A stretch of DNA of 64,000 nucleotides from an uncultured Candidatus Rokubacteria bacterium (GTDB lineage Bacteria; Methylomirabilota; Methylomirabilia; Rokubacteriales; CSP1-6). Shown in pieces: positions 36,731 through 47,780 of the stretch (the stretch's first letter is position 1; each line of letters starts with the position of its first letter). The notes beneath the pieces were generated by a model. That model saw nothing but the letters and a program-made list of their open reading frames with translations, did not search any database and had not been told where the DNA came from. The DNA lies in NCBI GenBank assembly GCA_963762145.1, contig CAVXJS010000011.1, positions 608,001 through 672,000 on the forward strand, written 5' to 3'. The position numbers were made by a program, and so were the translations under genes.

Positions 36731-36761
36731 GGCCCCCGAGACCATGACGGCCTCGGGGGCT
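36731..36761 (+). terminator. GC-rich hairpin after the YSC84-like gene
   Basis: GGCCCCCGAG...CTCGGGGGCT inverted repeat. Confidence 0.4.
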
Positions 36762-36815
36762 TCACCTCTATGGAACACCGCGCGCTGCCGCTGTACGCAA
36801 GCGAAGGAGATGAAC

Positions 36816-37196
36816 ATGCCTTCTCCCACCAAGCTGGCGCTTACGGTTCTCGCGCTGAGCATGCTCGTGCTGTCCGGTTGTGCTGACCTAGCCATACGCG
36901 ACACGGCCAGCTTGCTCGCGCCCAGATTTCAACGGTCGGAGATCTTTGGCTTCGTGGCGGGCGCGGGAACGACCTTTGCCGCATTACCTGACCTGATCGG
37001 TATGCTCAGGCGCCGGTCGAGCAAGGGCATGAACCCAAGAATGGCAGGCATCATGTGCGTCTTTCAGATCGGCTGGATCTACTACGGCCTGTTGATCGGG
37101 TCCCGGCCGGTTATCGTGTGGAATATGATCGCCGTCGTGATCAACTCTCTGAGCGTCGCTGCCTACTTTCGCTTCGCCCGGCTCGAACTGAAGTGA
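36816..37196 (+). CDS. SemiSWEET/PQ-loop family small membrane protein
   Basis: FGFVAGAGTTFAALP, WIYYG, PVIVWN (three-TM SemiSWEET pattern). Confidence 0.75.
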   Translation: MPSPTKLALTVLALSMLVLSGCADLAIRDTASLLAPRFQRSEIFGFVAGAGTTFAALPDLIGMLRRRSSKGMNPRMAGIMCVFQIGWIYYGLLIGSRPVIVWNMIAVVINSLSVAAYFRFARLELK

Positions 37197-37449
37197 CGAC
37201 GGGGAACTGTTCGGGCTGATACCTGCCCTTCGGCGCGCAGGCCCCGAGGGGGGCTCACTCCTGCCTGGCCACGCCCAGCGCCTTGTGGAGGCGAATGACG
37301 GGCAGCCGTTCGTCCCAATAGGTGCAGACCGCGCAGAGAGCGACAGGTCATTCGGCTTTTGCACAACCTGGACCGATGTCCTTACGCGCGTCGCCGAAAA
37401 CCACTGCGGCCAAAGTCTAATTCACGACGGTTGTCGCCGGATCCTACGT

Positions 37450-37989
37450 CTACGGCGCCTTCCAGACGGCATTGCCGTCTCGATCGGACAGCTGAAGGCT
37501 TGGGCTCTGGGTCGGGCTGGTGGCGACCGTGATCTGTGGCTTACCCGGGTCGTTGCCGAGGGCGAGGCTCGATCCGGTTGGATCCGCGACGAGCCATCCG
37601 CGCTGCCCGCGGGCGGTGACCGAGACCTGGCCGGTCTCGCCCGCGGCCGCGAGCTGGGCCTGGGCGCCCGCGCGGCCAAGCGAGAGCGCGGCGGACTGCC
37701 CCGGCGTGACGGTCAGATCCGCGGTGGTCGTCGCGTCCCGGTCGCTGAGCGTGAGGCGCGTCCGGTCGCTCTCGTCCACCGTGAAGAGCGCGCGGCCGCG
37801 GCCTTCGCCGTCGGTGATCACGAGGCGGCGGGTCTTCACCTCGTCGGGATTGGTGGTGACGGTGGCCGCGATGGCGCCGAAGAGGCCCACGCCGGCGAGC
37901 GCGGCGACCCCGACCCGGCGCCACCAGCCGATCTCGCGCTCGAGACGCTCCAGCCGTGCGTGCAGCCCATCGAGTGACGACTCCCTCAT
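37450..37989 (-). CDS. Hypothetical single-TM protein
   Basis: AAGGAGG RBS; coiled coil RLERLERE, a TM helix, and a beta-rich domain (LVITDGEG...LSDRDG). Confidence 0.7.
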   Translation of the reverse strand: MRESSLDGLHARLERLEREIGWWRRVGVAALAGVGLFGAIAATVTTNPDEVKTRRLVITDGEGRGRALFTVDESDRTRLTLSDRDATTTADLTVTPGQSAALSLGRAGAQAQLAAAGETGQVSVTARGQRGWLVADPTGSSLALGNDPGKPQITVATSPTQSPSLQLSDRDGNAVWKAP

Positions 37990-38132
37990 CGCGCGTCCTC
38001 CTTCGGGTGGTGGATTCGTTCGGCTCGGGGCCGCCTTGACCCCCCTCGACCCGGCATGTTACACAAGGGCGGCCTCCGATGACGCTCCCGCTTCCCGTTG
38101 CCGTGCCCGATCGACTTCGAGGAGAACCTACC

Positions 38133-39146
38133 ATGCATCGTTGCCTGGGTATCGTCGTCGCGCTCTGCCTCGCCGCCGTCCTGGGGGTGCCGTCCCCCGT
38201 CCCCGCGCAATCCGTGATGGTGTGGAAGGCGGGCACCGCGACCGCGGGCGGCAATCCGCTGAATGACACGATGGAGATCTTCGCGAAGCAGATCGCCGAG
38301 CGAAGCAAGGGGCGGATCAAGGTCGACGTGCACATCGCCAACGCGCTGGCCAAGGGCGAGGCCGCGCATCTCGAAGGCGTGCAGCTCGGCACCATCGACG
38401 TGGCCGCGATCGGCAGCGCGCCGGTGGGCGGCATGTTCGAGCCCTCCTACCAGGCCCTCGACCTCCCCTTCCTCTGGGCCACCCGCGAGCAGGTGTGGAC
38501 GGTCATGGACGGGCCGCTGGGCCAGGAGCTGCTCAAGAAGATGGAGGCCAAGAACCTGAAGGCCTTCTGCTTCGGCGGCGGCTGGGGCTTCCGCAACATG
38601 ATGTCGAACAAGCGCGCGATCACGACGCCGGAGGACATGAAGGGGCAGACCATCCGCGTGCAGGAGTCGCCCACCTACGTGGCCATGATGAAGGCGATGG
38701 GGGCCAACCCGGTGCCCATGCCCTACGTCGAGGTCTACCTCGCCATGAAGCAGGGCACGATCGACGGCATGGAGCTGCCGTCCTTCACCATGACCTCGGA
38801 CAAGTTCCAGGAGGTCACCAAGTACTACTCGCTCACCCGCCACTCCTACCCGCCGATCGCCTGGTTCATGAACCTCAAGAAGTACCAGGCGCTGGCGCCC
38901 GACCTCCAGAAGGCGGTCGACGAGTCGATGCGCGAGGCCTGCCAGGCTCACCGCCGCTTCGAGGTCGAGAAGGAGAAGCTCGACTTCGAGATCATGAAGA
39001 AGGCCGGCGTGCAGATCAACGAGGTGAAGGACATCAAGGCCTTCCAGGGCCTCATGAAGCCGGCCTACGACTACGTCGAGGGGCAGGTGGGCAAGGAGTT
39101 CATGGCCAAGCTCCGGGCCGCGGTGCAGGCAGCGGCGCCCAAGTAG
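38133..39146 (+). CDS. dctP: TRAP substrate-binding protein DctP
   Basis: Signal peptide; motifs LDLPFL, GFRN, DMKGQTIRV, EVYLAMKQGTIDG. Confidence 0.92.
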   Translation: MHRCLGIVVALCLAAVLGVPSPVPAQSVMVWKAGTATAGGNPLNDTMEIFAKQIAERSKGRIKVDVHIANALAKGEAAHLEGVQLGTIDVAAIGSAPVGGMFEPSYQALDLPFLWATREQVWTVMDGPLGQELLKKMEAKNLKAFCFGGGWGFRNMMSNKRAITTPEDMKGQTIRVQESPTYVAMMKAMGANPVPMPYVEVYLAMKQGTIDGMELPSFTMTSDKFQEVTKYYSLTRHSYPPIAWFMNLKKYQALAPDLQKAVDESMREACQAHRRFEVEKEKLDFEIMKKAGVQINEVKDIKAFQGLMKPAYDYVEGQVGKEFMAKLRAAVQAAAPK

Positions 39147-39151
39147 CATCC

Positions 39152-39628
39152 GTGCTGATCCGCGCCGGATCGAACCTCGTGGAGGGCGTCCTCCTCGTGA
39201 TGATGGTGCTGCTCTGCGCGGACGTCTTCCTGGGCGTCTTCTCGCGCTACGTCATCCGCAGCACCTTCACCTGGTACGACGAGATCGCCCGGCTGCTCTT
39301 CGTCTGGATCGTGTTCCTGGGGGCGGCGGTGGGCGTGCGGCGCACGGCTCACTTCCGGCTTCACCTCCTGGTCGACCGGCTCCCGACCGCCAGCCGGCGG
39401 GTCGCCCGCGTGTTCGGGGTGCTCGTGTTGATGGGCTTCGGCCTGGTGCTCATCCAGCAGGGCTGGAAGCTCGTGGAGCTCGGGCAGTTCCAGCGCACCC
39501 CGGTGATGGGCCTCTCCAAGCAGTACATCTACCTCTCGGTGCCCGTGGGCGGGGCGCTGGTCATTCTCTACAGCCTCCCTCATCTCTGGCGCGCCCTCCG
39601 CGGCGAGGCCGGGCCCGTCGCGGCATGA
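39152..39628 (+). CDS. dctQ: TRAP small permease DctQ
   Basis: Four TM segments; WYDEIARLLFVWIVFLGA; H-x-R motif. Confidence 0.88.
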   Translation: MLIRAGSNLVEGVLLVMMVLLCADVFLGVFSRYVIRSTFTWYDEIARLLFVWIVFLGAAVGVRRTAHFRLHLLVDRLPTASRRVARVFGVLVLMGFGLVLIQQGWKLVELGQFQRTPVMGLSKQYIYLSVPVGGALVILYSLPHLWRALRGEAGPVAA

Positions 39629-40905
39629 TCGCGCTGATCGCGGTCTGCTTTCTCGTCCTCCTCGCGCTGGGCGTGCCGGTGGCCTTCGTGATCGGAGTCT
39701 CCGGCTTCGTGGGGCTTTGGTGGAGCGGACAGTACCCGCTCACCGTCGTCGTGAAGCAGATGTTCGAGGGCGTGGATTCGTTCGTGCTGCTCGCCATCCC
39801 CCTCTTCATCCTGGCGGGCTCCCTGATGGAGACCGGGGGGATCGCGGTGCGTCTGGTGCGGCTGGCCCAGGTCCTGGTGGGATGGATCCGGGGCGGGCTC
39901 TCGATGGCGGTGGTGGTGGCCGAGTACATCTTCTCCGGCATCTCGGGCTCCACGGTGGCCGACGTCTCGGCGATCGGCTCCACGATGATCCCACCCATGC
40001 TGCGGGCCGGCTATCGGCCGGAGCAGGCGGTCGCGGTGGTCTCGGCGGCCTCCGCCATGGGGATCCTGGTGCCCCCGTGCATCCTGATGATCGTCATCGG
40101 CTCGGTCGCCAACGTATCGGTGGCCGCGCTGTTCGCGGCGGGCTTCGTGCCCGCGGTGGTCATCGCGCTGGCCATCATGACCTACATCTGGTTCGACGCC
40201 CGACGGAGTGGCATCGAGGCGCGGGCCCACGCCACCTGGGCCGCGCTCTGGCACGCCTTCACCGACGCGGTGATCCCGCTCGGGCTGCCCGCCATCATCT
40301 TCGGCGGGATCCTCGGCGGGGTGGTGACGCCGACCGAGGCCGCGGTGCTCGCGGTGGTCTACGCGTTCATCGTGGGGGTCTTCGTGTATCGCGAGATCGC
40401 CTGGAAGGACCTGCCGAGCCTCCTGGTGCACAGCGCGGTGGTGACCGCCGCGGTGTGCTTCCTGCTGGGGACCGCGGCGGTCGTGGCGTGGGTGCTGGCC
40501 GTCGAGCAGATCCCGCAGCTCCTCCTGAAGGCGATGCTGGCGGTACCAGGCGGGAACATCGTCTTCCTCGTTCTCACCGCGGTGCTGTTCATCCTGCTGG
40601 GGGCGGTGCTCGAGGGCCTGCCCGCGGTGGTCATCCTGCTGCCCACCTTCATGCCGGTGGTGACCAGGCTCGGGATCGACGTCATCCACTACAGCACGGT
40701 GGTGGTCGCGGCCACCGGCATCGGCCTCTTCCTGCCCCCGATCGGGGTGGGGTTCTTCATCGCGTGCGGCATCGCCAACGTGCCCAGCGACCGCGCGACG
40801 CCCGCGATGATGCCCTACGTGTACATGATGTGCGTGGGGCTGCTCGTCGTCATCCTGGTCCCGTGGTTCACCCTGATCCTGCCGCGGGTGCTGGGCCTCG
40901 GCTGA
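39625..40905 (+). CDS. dctM: TRAP large permease DctM
   Basis: Motifs LAIPLFILAG, SGISGS, LVPP, TPTEAA, PPIG. Confidence 0.93.
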   Translation: MIALIAVCFLVLLALGVPVAFVIGVSGFVGLWWSGQYPLTVVVKQMFEGVDSFVLLAIPLFILAGSLMETGGIAVRLVRLAQVLVGWIRGGLSMAVVVAEYIFSGISGSTVADVSAIGSTMIPPMLRAGYRPEQAVAVVSAASAMGILVPPCILMIVIGSVANVSVAALFAAGFVPAVVIALAIMTYIWFDARRSGIEARAHATWAALWHAFTDAVIPLGLPAIIFGGILGGVVTPTEAAVLAVVYAFIVGVFVYREIAWKDLPSLLVHSAVVTAAVCFLLGTAAVVAWVLAVEQIPQLLLKAMLAVPGGNIVFLVLTAVLFILLGAVLEGLPAVVILLPTFMPVVTRLGIDVIHYSTVVVAATGIGLFLPPIGVGFFIACGIANVPSDRATPAMMPYVYMMCVGLLVVILVPWFTLILPRVLGLG

Positions 40906-40990
40906 TCTTGCGACGCGCGCCCGCGCCAGAGTAGGCTAGGGCGGCTCACGGGGTTGGCCACGCAGGCCCCCGTCAGACCAGGAGGCCCAC

Positions 40991-41350
40991 ATGCCCGAGC
41001 TGACCCGGCGGTACATCGTCATGGCCATGGCCACCGAAGCGCCGTTCGACGTGCACGACCCCGAGGCGCCGTTCGTGCTCAAGCCGTGGAAGGATCCGGC
41101 GGCCCTGCGCGCCCTCGAGGTGTACCGCGACCATTGCTACCCCGAGCTGGCCGGCGACCTCACCGGCTGGATCCAGGCGATCAGGAACGGGGCGCGGATC
41201 CGCGGCGGGGTGGGCGCCCGCAACGACGCCTACATGGCGTCGCGGCCCAGGCCGGGTCGCGCGGCGCCGGCCGCGCGGCGCCCAGCTAAAGCGGCCAAGA
41301 AGAAACCTGCCAAGAAGGCATCGAAAAAAAAGGGGAAACGGGGCAGGTGA
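40991..41350 (+). CDS. Hypothetical protein with Lys/Ala-rich C-terminal tail
   Basis: AGGAGG RBS; stop overlaps the next GTG; tail PAKAAKKKPAKKASKKKGKRGR. Confidence 0.75.
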   Translation: MPELTRRYIVMAMATEAPFDVHDPEAPFVLKPWKDPAALRALEVYRDHCYPELAGDLTGWIQAIRNGARIRGGVGARNDAYMASRPRPGRAAPAARRPAKAAKKKPAKKASKKKGKRGR

Positions 41351-42134
41351 GTGGAGCGGATCTCGAGCGCCTGGCCGATCTCGTCGCGACCTCTTCGCGT
41401 ATCGTTGCTTTCACCGGCGCCGGGGTCAGCACCGAGTCCGGCATCCCGGACTTCCGCAGTCCGGGGGAATCTGGGATCGCTTCGATCCCCGCGAGTTCAC
41501 CTTCCAGAACTTCATGGCGAGCGACGGCGGCCGCCGCCGCTACTGGGAGCTCGGCCGCACCACCTTCCCGGTGATCCGCCGCGCCGAGCCCAACCCGGCG
41601 CACCACGCGCTGGTGAGCCTCTGGCGGCTCGGCAAGCTCGACTGCGTGATCACGCAGAACATCGACAACCTCCACCAGCGGGCCGGGCTCCCCGAGGACC
41701 GCGTGATCGAGCTGCACGGCAACGCGACCCGCGCCCGGTGCCTCACGTGCGAGCGCGCCTGGGATCGCGAGCGCGTGCAGGAGTGGCTGGAGGCGGGCGT
41801 GGCGGTGCCGCTCTGCGACCCGCCGTGCGGCGGCATCATCAAGCCCCGCACCGTCATGTTCGGGGAGGCCATGCCCCGGCGCGAGATGGAAGAGGCGGAG
41901 CGTCGCGCGCGGGCCGCGGACCTCCTCGTGGTGGTGGGCTCGTCCCTGGTCGTCTACCCCGCCGCCTACATGCCGCTCCACGCCAAGCACGCGGGCGCGG
42001 CGCTCGCGATCGTGAACCTGACCGACACCCCGCACGACGGCCAGGCGGACCTGGTGGTCCGGGGCAGCGCGGCCGCCGTGCTGGCCGCGGTCACCGCCCG
42101 GCTCGAGCCGCGGCCGGCCGCGCGCCGAGCATGA
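41347..42134 (+). CDS. cobB: Sir2/CobB NAD-dependent deacylase (frameshift in G-run near 41465)
   Basis: Motifs TGAGVSTESGIPDFR, TQNIDNLH, ELHG, CxxC, GSSLVVYPAA. Confidence 0.9.
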
Positions 42135-42898
42135 CCGCCGCGCTCGTCGAGCACCTCCTCCAGGGCCGCCTGGGCCGCGCCCCGGGGCGGCCGGTCGGCG
42201 AGCTCGCGCCGGACCTGACGCTCCCGCAGGCCTACGCGCTGCAGCGGCAGCTCGAGGAGGCGCTGGTCGGCCGGGGGGAGCGCGTTGTCGGCTACAAGGT
42301 GGGCTTCACCACCGCCGCGCTCCAGGAGCGCTACGGCGTGACCGAGCCGGTGCTGGGCTTCATGCTCGCTTCCGGCGTCTTCGGCAGCGGTGACGTGGTG
42401 CCGCTCGCGCGGTTCTTCGCCATCGGGGTCGAGGTCGAGGTCGCCTTCCTGCTGAGGTCGGAGCTCGCCGGCCCGGGTGTGACCCCCGCGTCCGCCCTGC
42501 TGGCGGTGGAGGGCGCGATGCCCGCCTTCGAGCTGATCGACTTCCGGCTGAGCGGCACCCCGCGGGGGATCGACATCGTCGCGGACGGGGTCTACACCAA
42601 CGGCATCGTCCTCGGCCGCCCCATCACCGCGGTGGCGGGCCTCGACCTGGCGCTCGAAGGCGTGGTCTTCGAGCAGGACGGCCAGATCGTCGCCACCCAG
42701 ACCGCGGCCGAGGTGCTGGGCAACCCGCTCGTGTCCCTCGCGTGGGCCGCGAACGCCCTCGGCAAGATGGGGCGCGGCCTTCGCGCGGGCGACCTCGTGC
42801 TCACCGGCTCGATCTCGAAAGTGCTGCGCCCCACGGCCGGGCAATCGATGCGCGCTTCCTTTACGCGCCTTGGGTCTGTGGGCTGTCGCTTCGCGTGA
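42131..42898 (+). CDS. 2-keto-4-pentenoate hydratase (FAA hydrolase family)
   Basis: Motifs GYKVGFT, EVEVAF, ELIDFR, VLGNP, VLTGS. Confidence 0.87.
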   Translation: MTAALVEHLLQGRLGRAPGRPVGELAPDLTLPQAYALQRQLEEALVGRGERVVGYKVGFTTAALQERYGVTEPVLGFMLASGVFGSGDVVPLARFFAIGVEVEVAFLLRSELAGPGVTPASALLAVEGAMPAFELIDFRLSGTPRGIDIVADGVYTNGIVLGRPITAVAGLDLALEGVVFEQDGQIVATQTAAEVLGNPLVSLAWAANALGKMGRGLRAGDLVLTGSISKVLRPTAGQSMRASFTRLGSVGCRFA

Positions 42899-42930
42899 GC
42901 CGGCTAGCGACCGGAAGCTTCTCGTCATAT

Positions 42931-42964
42931 GCGGGGGCCCAGAAATGGCCCCTGCACTCCCCCA
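42931..42964. repeat. REP-like GGGGGCC...GGCCCC-CTCCCCCA element
   Basis: GCGGGGGCC-loop-GGCCCCTGC followed by CTCCCCCA; same layout as 55896-55947. Confidence 0.5.
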
Positions 42965-43043
42965 CAGGCGGACATTTCGTCTCCTGCCGGGCTGCCGGCT
43001 CGCCGCGCCGGTTTCTACGGCTCCGGCTCCCGCCGGCCTGAGC

Positions 43044-43649
43044 ATGCCCTCCGACCCGTTGGATCTCGAAAGCCTGCGCCGCCTTCTTGACGCGGGGTTG
43101 AGCCGGCGGCCGCGGGTGGCGCTGGACCGGAGCGATCTGGTGTCGGCGGCGGTGCTGGTGCCGGTGACCGATCACGATGGGCCCCACGTGCTCTTCACCA
43201 AGAAGACGGCGGGCGTGCCGCATCACAAAGGGCAGTTCTCGTTTCCGGGCGGCGTCGTCGAGCAGCGCGACGGCTCGCGGGTGGAGACCGCGCTGCGGGA
43301 GGCGTGGGAGGAGATCCGATTGCCCGCCGAGGCGGTCGAGGTGCTCGGGCTCCTCGACGACACGGAGACGCGCGCCACCAACTTCATCATCACCCCGGTG
43401 GTCGGCATCGTCCGGGACCCCGTCGACTTCGCCCCGGACGGCCGCGAGATCGAGCGCGTGCTGGAGGTGCCGCTCACCACGCTGCGGGATCCGGCCATCT
43501 TCCGCACCGAGATCTGGGAGCGCAACGGCGTGCCGCACCCGGTGCTGTTCTATCAGGTCTCGGGCGAGGACGTGATCTGGGGCGCGACGGCGCGCATCCT
43601 GAGCCAGTTCCTCGAGCTGCTCGACGGGCCCGGAGCGCCCGCGCCGTGA
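43044..43649 (+). CDS. CoA pyrophosphatase (Nudix)
   Basis: AAVLVP, HKGQFSFPGG, ALREAWEEI Nudix box, IWGAT. Confidence 0.9.
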   Translation: MPSDPLDLESLRRLLDAGLSRRPRVALDRSDLVSAAVLVPVTDHDGPHVLFTKKTAGVPHHKGQFSFPGGVVEQRDGSRVETALREAWEEIRLPAEAVEVLGLLDDTETRATNFIITPVVGIVRDPVDFAPDGREIERVLEVPLTTLRDPAIFRTEIWERNGVPHPVLFYQVSGEDVIWGATARILSQFLELLDGPGAPAP

Positions 43650-44443
43650 GCGGGCCGGCGTCGCCGGGTCCCGTTCTGCTGGTGGCCGTCGACGAGGGGG
43701 TGGCGCGCGTCACCCTCAATCGACCCGAGGTGCGGAACGCGCTCAACGCGGCCCTGCTCGGTGAGCTCGAGGCCGCGCTGCGCCGGCTCGAGGACGATGA
43801 CGCGGCGCGGGTGATCGTCCTGCGCGGGGCGGGAGACCGGGCGTTCTGCGCGGGCGCCGATCTCAGGCACGTCGGCGACCGCGGCACCACACTGCAGGCG
43901 CGCGAGTCCTTCGGCGGTCTCGCGCGCATCCTGGAGCTCATGGCGCGGATGCGGACGCCGGTCATCGCCCGGGTCCACGGCTACGCGCTGGCCGGTGGCT
44001 GCGGGCTCGCCGCGGGGTCGGACATCGTCATCGCCTCGGACGACGCGGTCTTCGGCCTGCCCGAGATCAAGGTCGGCCTCCTCCCGCTGATCGTGATGGC
44101 GCCGATCCTTCGCGCGGTCGGTCGCAAGCGCGGGATGCTCATGATCCTGAGCGGCGCGCCGGTCTCGGCCCGGGAGGCCCTCGAGATGGGCCTGGTGAGC
44201 CGGATCGTGCCGCGCGCGGATCTCGACGCGGAGGTGGACGCGCTGGCCCGGACCCTGGCCGGCTACTCGCCGACCGCGCTCGGCCTGGCCAAGGAGGCCG
44301 CGGCCACCGCGCCGGACATGGAGTACGGGGCGGCGCTCCGCTACCTGCGCGAGCTCATCACCCTGGTGGCGCTCTCCGACGACGCCCGCGAGGGCATCGC
44401 CGCGTTCTTCGACAAGCGCCCCCCGCGCTTCACCGGGCGCTAG
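43646..44443 (+). CDS. Enoyl-CoA hydratase/isomerase
   Basis: Motifs LNRPEVRNAL, FCAGADL, AGGCGL, LPEIKVG, REGIAAF. Confidence 0.9.
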   Translation: MSGPASPGPVLLVAVDEGVARVTLNRPEVRNALNAALLGELEAALRRLEDDDAARVIVLRGAGDRAFCAGADLRHVGDRGTTLQARESFGGLARILELMARMRTPVIARVHGYALAGGCGLAAGSDIVIASDDAVFGLPEIKVGLLPLIVMAPILRAVGRKRGMLMILSGAPVSAREALEMGLVSRIVPRADLDAEVDALARTLAGYSPTALGLAKEAAATAPDMEYGAALRYLRELITLVALSDDAREGIAAFFDKRPPRFTGR

Positions 44444-44445
44444 TC

Positions 44446-44634
44446 ATTCCGCCGGTCCGGGAGCCGGGCCTGTGCGCGACGTGCGTGGAGGCGCGCCGCG
44501 TCGTATCGGCGCGCGGGTCGGAGTTCTGGCTCTGCGCCCGCGCCGCTCGTGACCCGGCGTTTGCGAAGTATCCGCGGCTCCCCGTGCTACGCTGTCCGGG
44601 ATATCAGCCCGGGTCTCCGGAGGTCGAAGCGTGA
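44446..44634 (+). CDS. Small Cys-rich protein missing from the ORF track (start uncertain)
   Basis: EPGLCATCVEARRVVSARGSEFWLCARAARDPAFAKYPRLPVLRCPGYQP...*. Stop overlaps the FecR GTG. Confidence 0.6.
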   Translation: MPPVREPGLCATCVEARRVVSARGSEFWLCARAARDPAFAKYPRLPVLRCPGYQPGSPEVEA

Positions 44635-45305
44635 TCAAGATCATGTGGACGACGGGTCTCCTCATCGGGCTAACCGGGGGGCTCATCGCCGGCTCCGCCT
44701 GGGCGCAGCCGGCCGAGCTTCCGGCCCAGGTCGTGACGCTCGGCGGGCCCGCGGAGCTCCACAAGAAGGGCGCCCGCACCTGGAGTCCCGCCGGACTTCG
44801 TGACGAGCTGGATGCCGGCGACAGCGTGCGCACCCAGGTGGGCGGGCGGGTCACGCTCAAGACCGCCAGTGGACAGGCGCTGCGGCTCGGCTCCCGCTCC
44901 CAGGCGGTCATTCTCGCGCCCGAGACCGAGGCCGGCCCCACGCGGATTCGCCTGGACAATGGCTGGCTCTGGGTCGCGGTGTCGCCCAATAGCCCGCCGC
45001 CCACCCAGGTCGAGGTCCGTGCGGGCTCGGGCGTCATCACGGTTCGCGGGGCGGGGGTCGGGCTTCGCCGCGGCCCCGACGGCAGCGTCCTGGTCCAGGT
45101 CCATCACGGAACCGCCGTGTGCGCGGGGCCGGAGAAGCAGTGGGAGCGCACGCTGAACGGGCCGCTGGAGCTGCTGATCCCGGCGTCCGGCATGCCGGGG
45201 GCCCCCGGGCCGCTGACCGTCGACAAGCTCGAGTGGACCTGGGTGAAGTGGAACGCGGACCAGGACCTCGCGGGCGGATACGGCGGCGCGAAGCCCGCGC
45301 CGTGA
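44631..45305 (+). CDS. Exported FecR-domain protein
   Basis: Signal peptide; LDAGDSVRT, LRLGSRS, IRLDNGWLW, ITVRG, VQVHHG. Confidence 0.7.
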   Translation: MIKIMWTTGLLIGLTGGLIAGSAWAQPAELPAQVVTLGGPAELHKKGARTWSPAGLRDELDAGDSVRTQVGGRVTLKTASGQALRLGSRSQAVILAPETEAGPTRIRLDNGWLWVAVSPNSPPPTQVEVRAGSGVITVRGAGVGLRRGPDGSVLVQVHHGTAVCAGPEKQWERTLNGPLELLIPASGMPGAPGPLTVDKLEWTWVKWNADQDLAGGYGGAKPAP

Positions 45306-46168
45306 GCCTCGACGCCCTCGTCGTCGGTACCGCGCTGCCGGAGTACCGCGTCAGCGCCACCCCGACCCACGACCCGTGGGAGAACAAGATCCACGAGGAC
45401 GGGCTGGCCCGGGCGTTCGGGTTCCGGGGCGGCCTCGTTCCCGGCGTGACCGTGTACTCCTGGATGACGCATCCGGTGGTGGCCGCGCTCGGCGGAGCGT
45501 GGCTCGACCATGGCACCTTCTCGGTGCGCTTTGCCAGGCCGGTCTACTTCGGTGAGACGGTGACCGTCCGGGCCAGCGTCGCGGCCCACTCGAAGGACGA
45601 GGTCACCATCCAGACGCGGGTGGTGAACGAGCAGGACGAGGTGTGCGCGACCGCGACCATGGGCCTGCCCCTGGGCCCACTCCTGCCGCTGCCGGACCCG
45701 GCCGCGTACCCGGCCGCCGCCCTGCCCGCGGAGCGCCCGCTCGCGAGCCGCGCCTACCTCGAGCAGCGCCCCGTGCTGGGCACCCCGCAGCTCATCCTCG
45801 AGCGCGCGGTGGCGGACGCGTTCCTGACCAAGGTCAGCGAGAAGCTCTCCATGTACCGCGAGGCCGACGGGCCCGCCCATCCCGGAATCTACCTCGAGCA
45901 GGCCAACCGCGCGCTCGACCGGAACGTGCGGGTCAGCCCGTGGATCCACGTGGAGAGCCACGGCCAGCACCTGAGCGTGCCGCGCGTGCACGAGCGGCTC
46001 GAGACGCGCGCCAAGGTGAAGAGCCTCTTCCAGGGCAAGGGACACGAGTTCGTGGAGCTGGACCTGCTCCTGCTGGCCGAGGGCGCCCGGGCGGTGGCCT
46101 CGATCCGCCACGTGGCCATCTACCAGCTCCGGCCGTCGGCCGCGACGTCGGCCCCAGACCACGGATGA
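45302..46168 (+). CDS. Double hotdog (MaoC-like) protein
   Basis: ENKIHED-x-A-x-FGFRGGLVPGV, VRFARPVY, and a second repeat PWIHVES. Confidence 0.75.
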   Translation: MSLDALVVGTALPEYRVSATPTHDPWENKIHEDGLARAFGFRGGLVPGVTVYSWMTHPVVAALGGAWLDHGTFSVRFARPVYFGETVTVRASVAAHSKDEVTIQTRVVNEQDEVCATATMGLPLGPLLPLPDPAAYPAAALPAERPLASRAYLEQRPVLGTPQLILERAVADAFLTKVSEKLSMYREADGPAHPGIYLEQANRALDRNVRVSPWIHVESHGQHLSVPRVHERLETRAKVKSLFQGKGHEFVELDLLLLAEGARAVASIRHVAIYQLRPSAATSAPDHG

Positions 46169-46172
46169 TCGG

Positions 46173-47564
<1,392 letters not shown>

Positions 47565-47717
47565 ACCCCTCTGGCGGCGCCACTATAGTGGTCGCGCCAT
47601 AGTTCTGGATTCCTCGCGATACCAGGCCTCTTCGATCGCTCTCCCCGGCCGGGGTTGTTCCTCTCCAAGCTCCTGAAAAGACGGGCTGACTTTCCACCGC
47701 ACCCCGCCCAGCGAAGA

Positions 47718-47732
47718 TGGCATCGCCCTTGC
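47718..47732 (+). promoter_or_regulatory. Sigma54 (-24/-12) promoter
   Basis: TGGCATCGCCCTTGC (GG-N10-GC) about 50 nt upstream of a GGAGGAGG RBS and the ATG at 47781. Confidence 0.72.
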
Positions 47733-47780
47733 CCTCTCATGGCAGGCCGGCATATCAGCGAGCCATGGAGGAGGGTGCAT

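Noticed and set aside
41455-41475. Programmed frameshift or phase variation in the cobB G-run
   Set aside because: The homopolymer is short and the assembly is rich in indels, so sequencing error is more likely.
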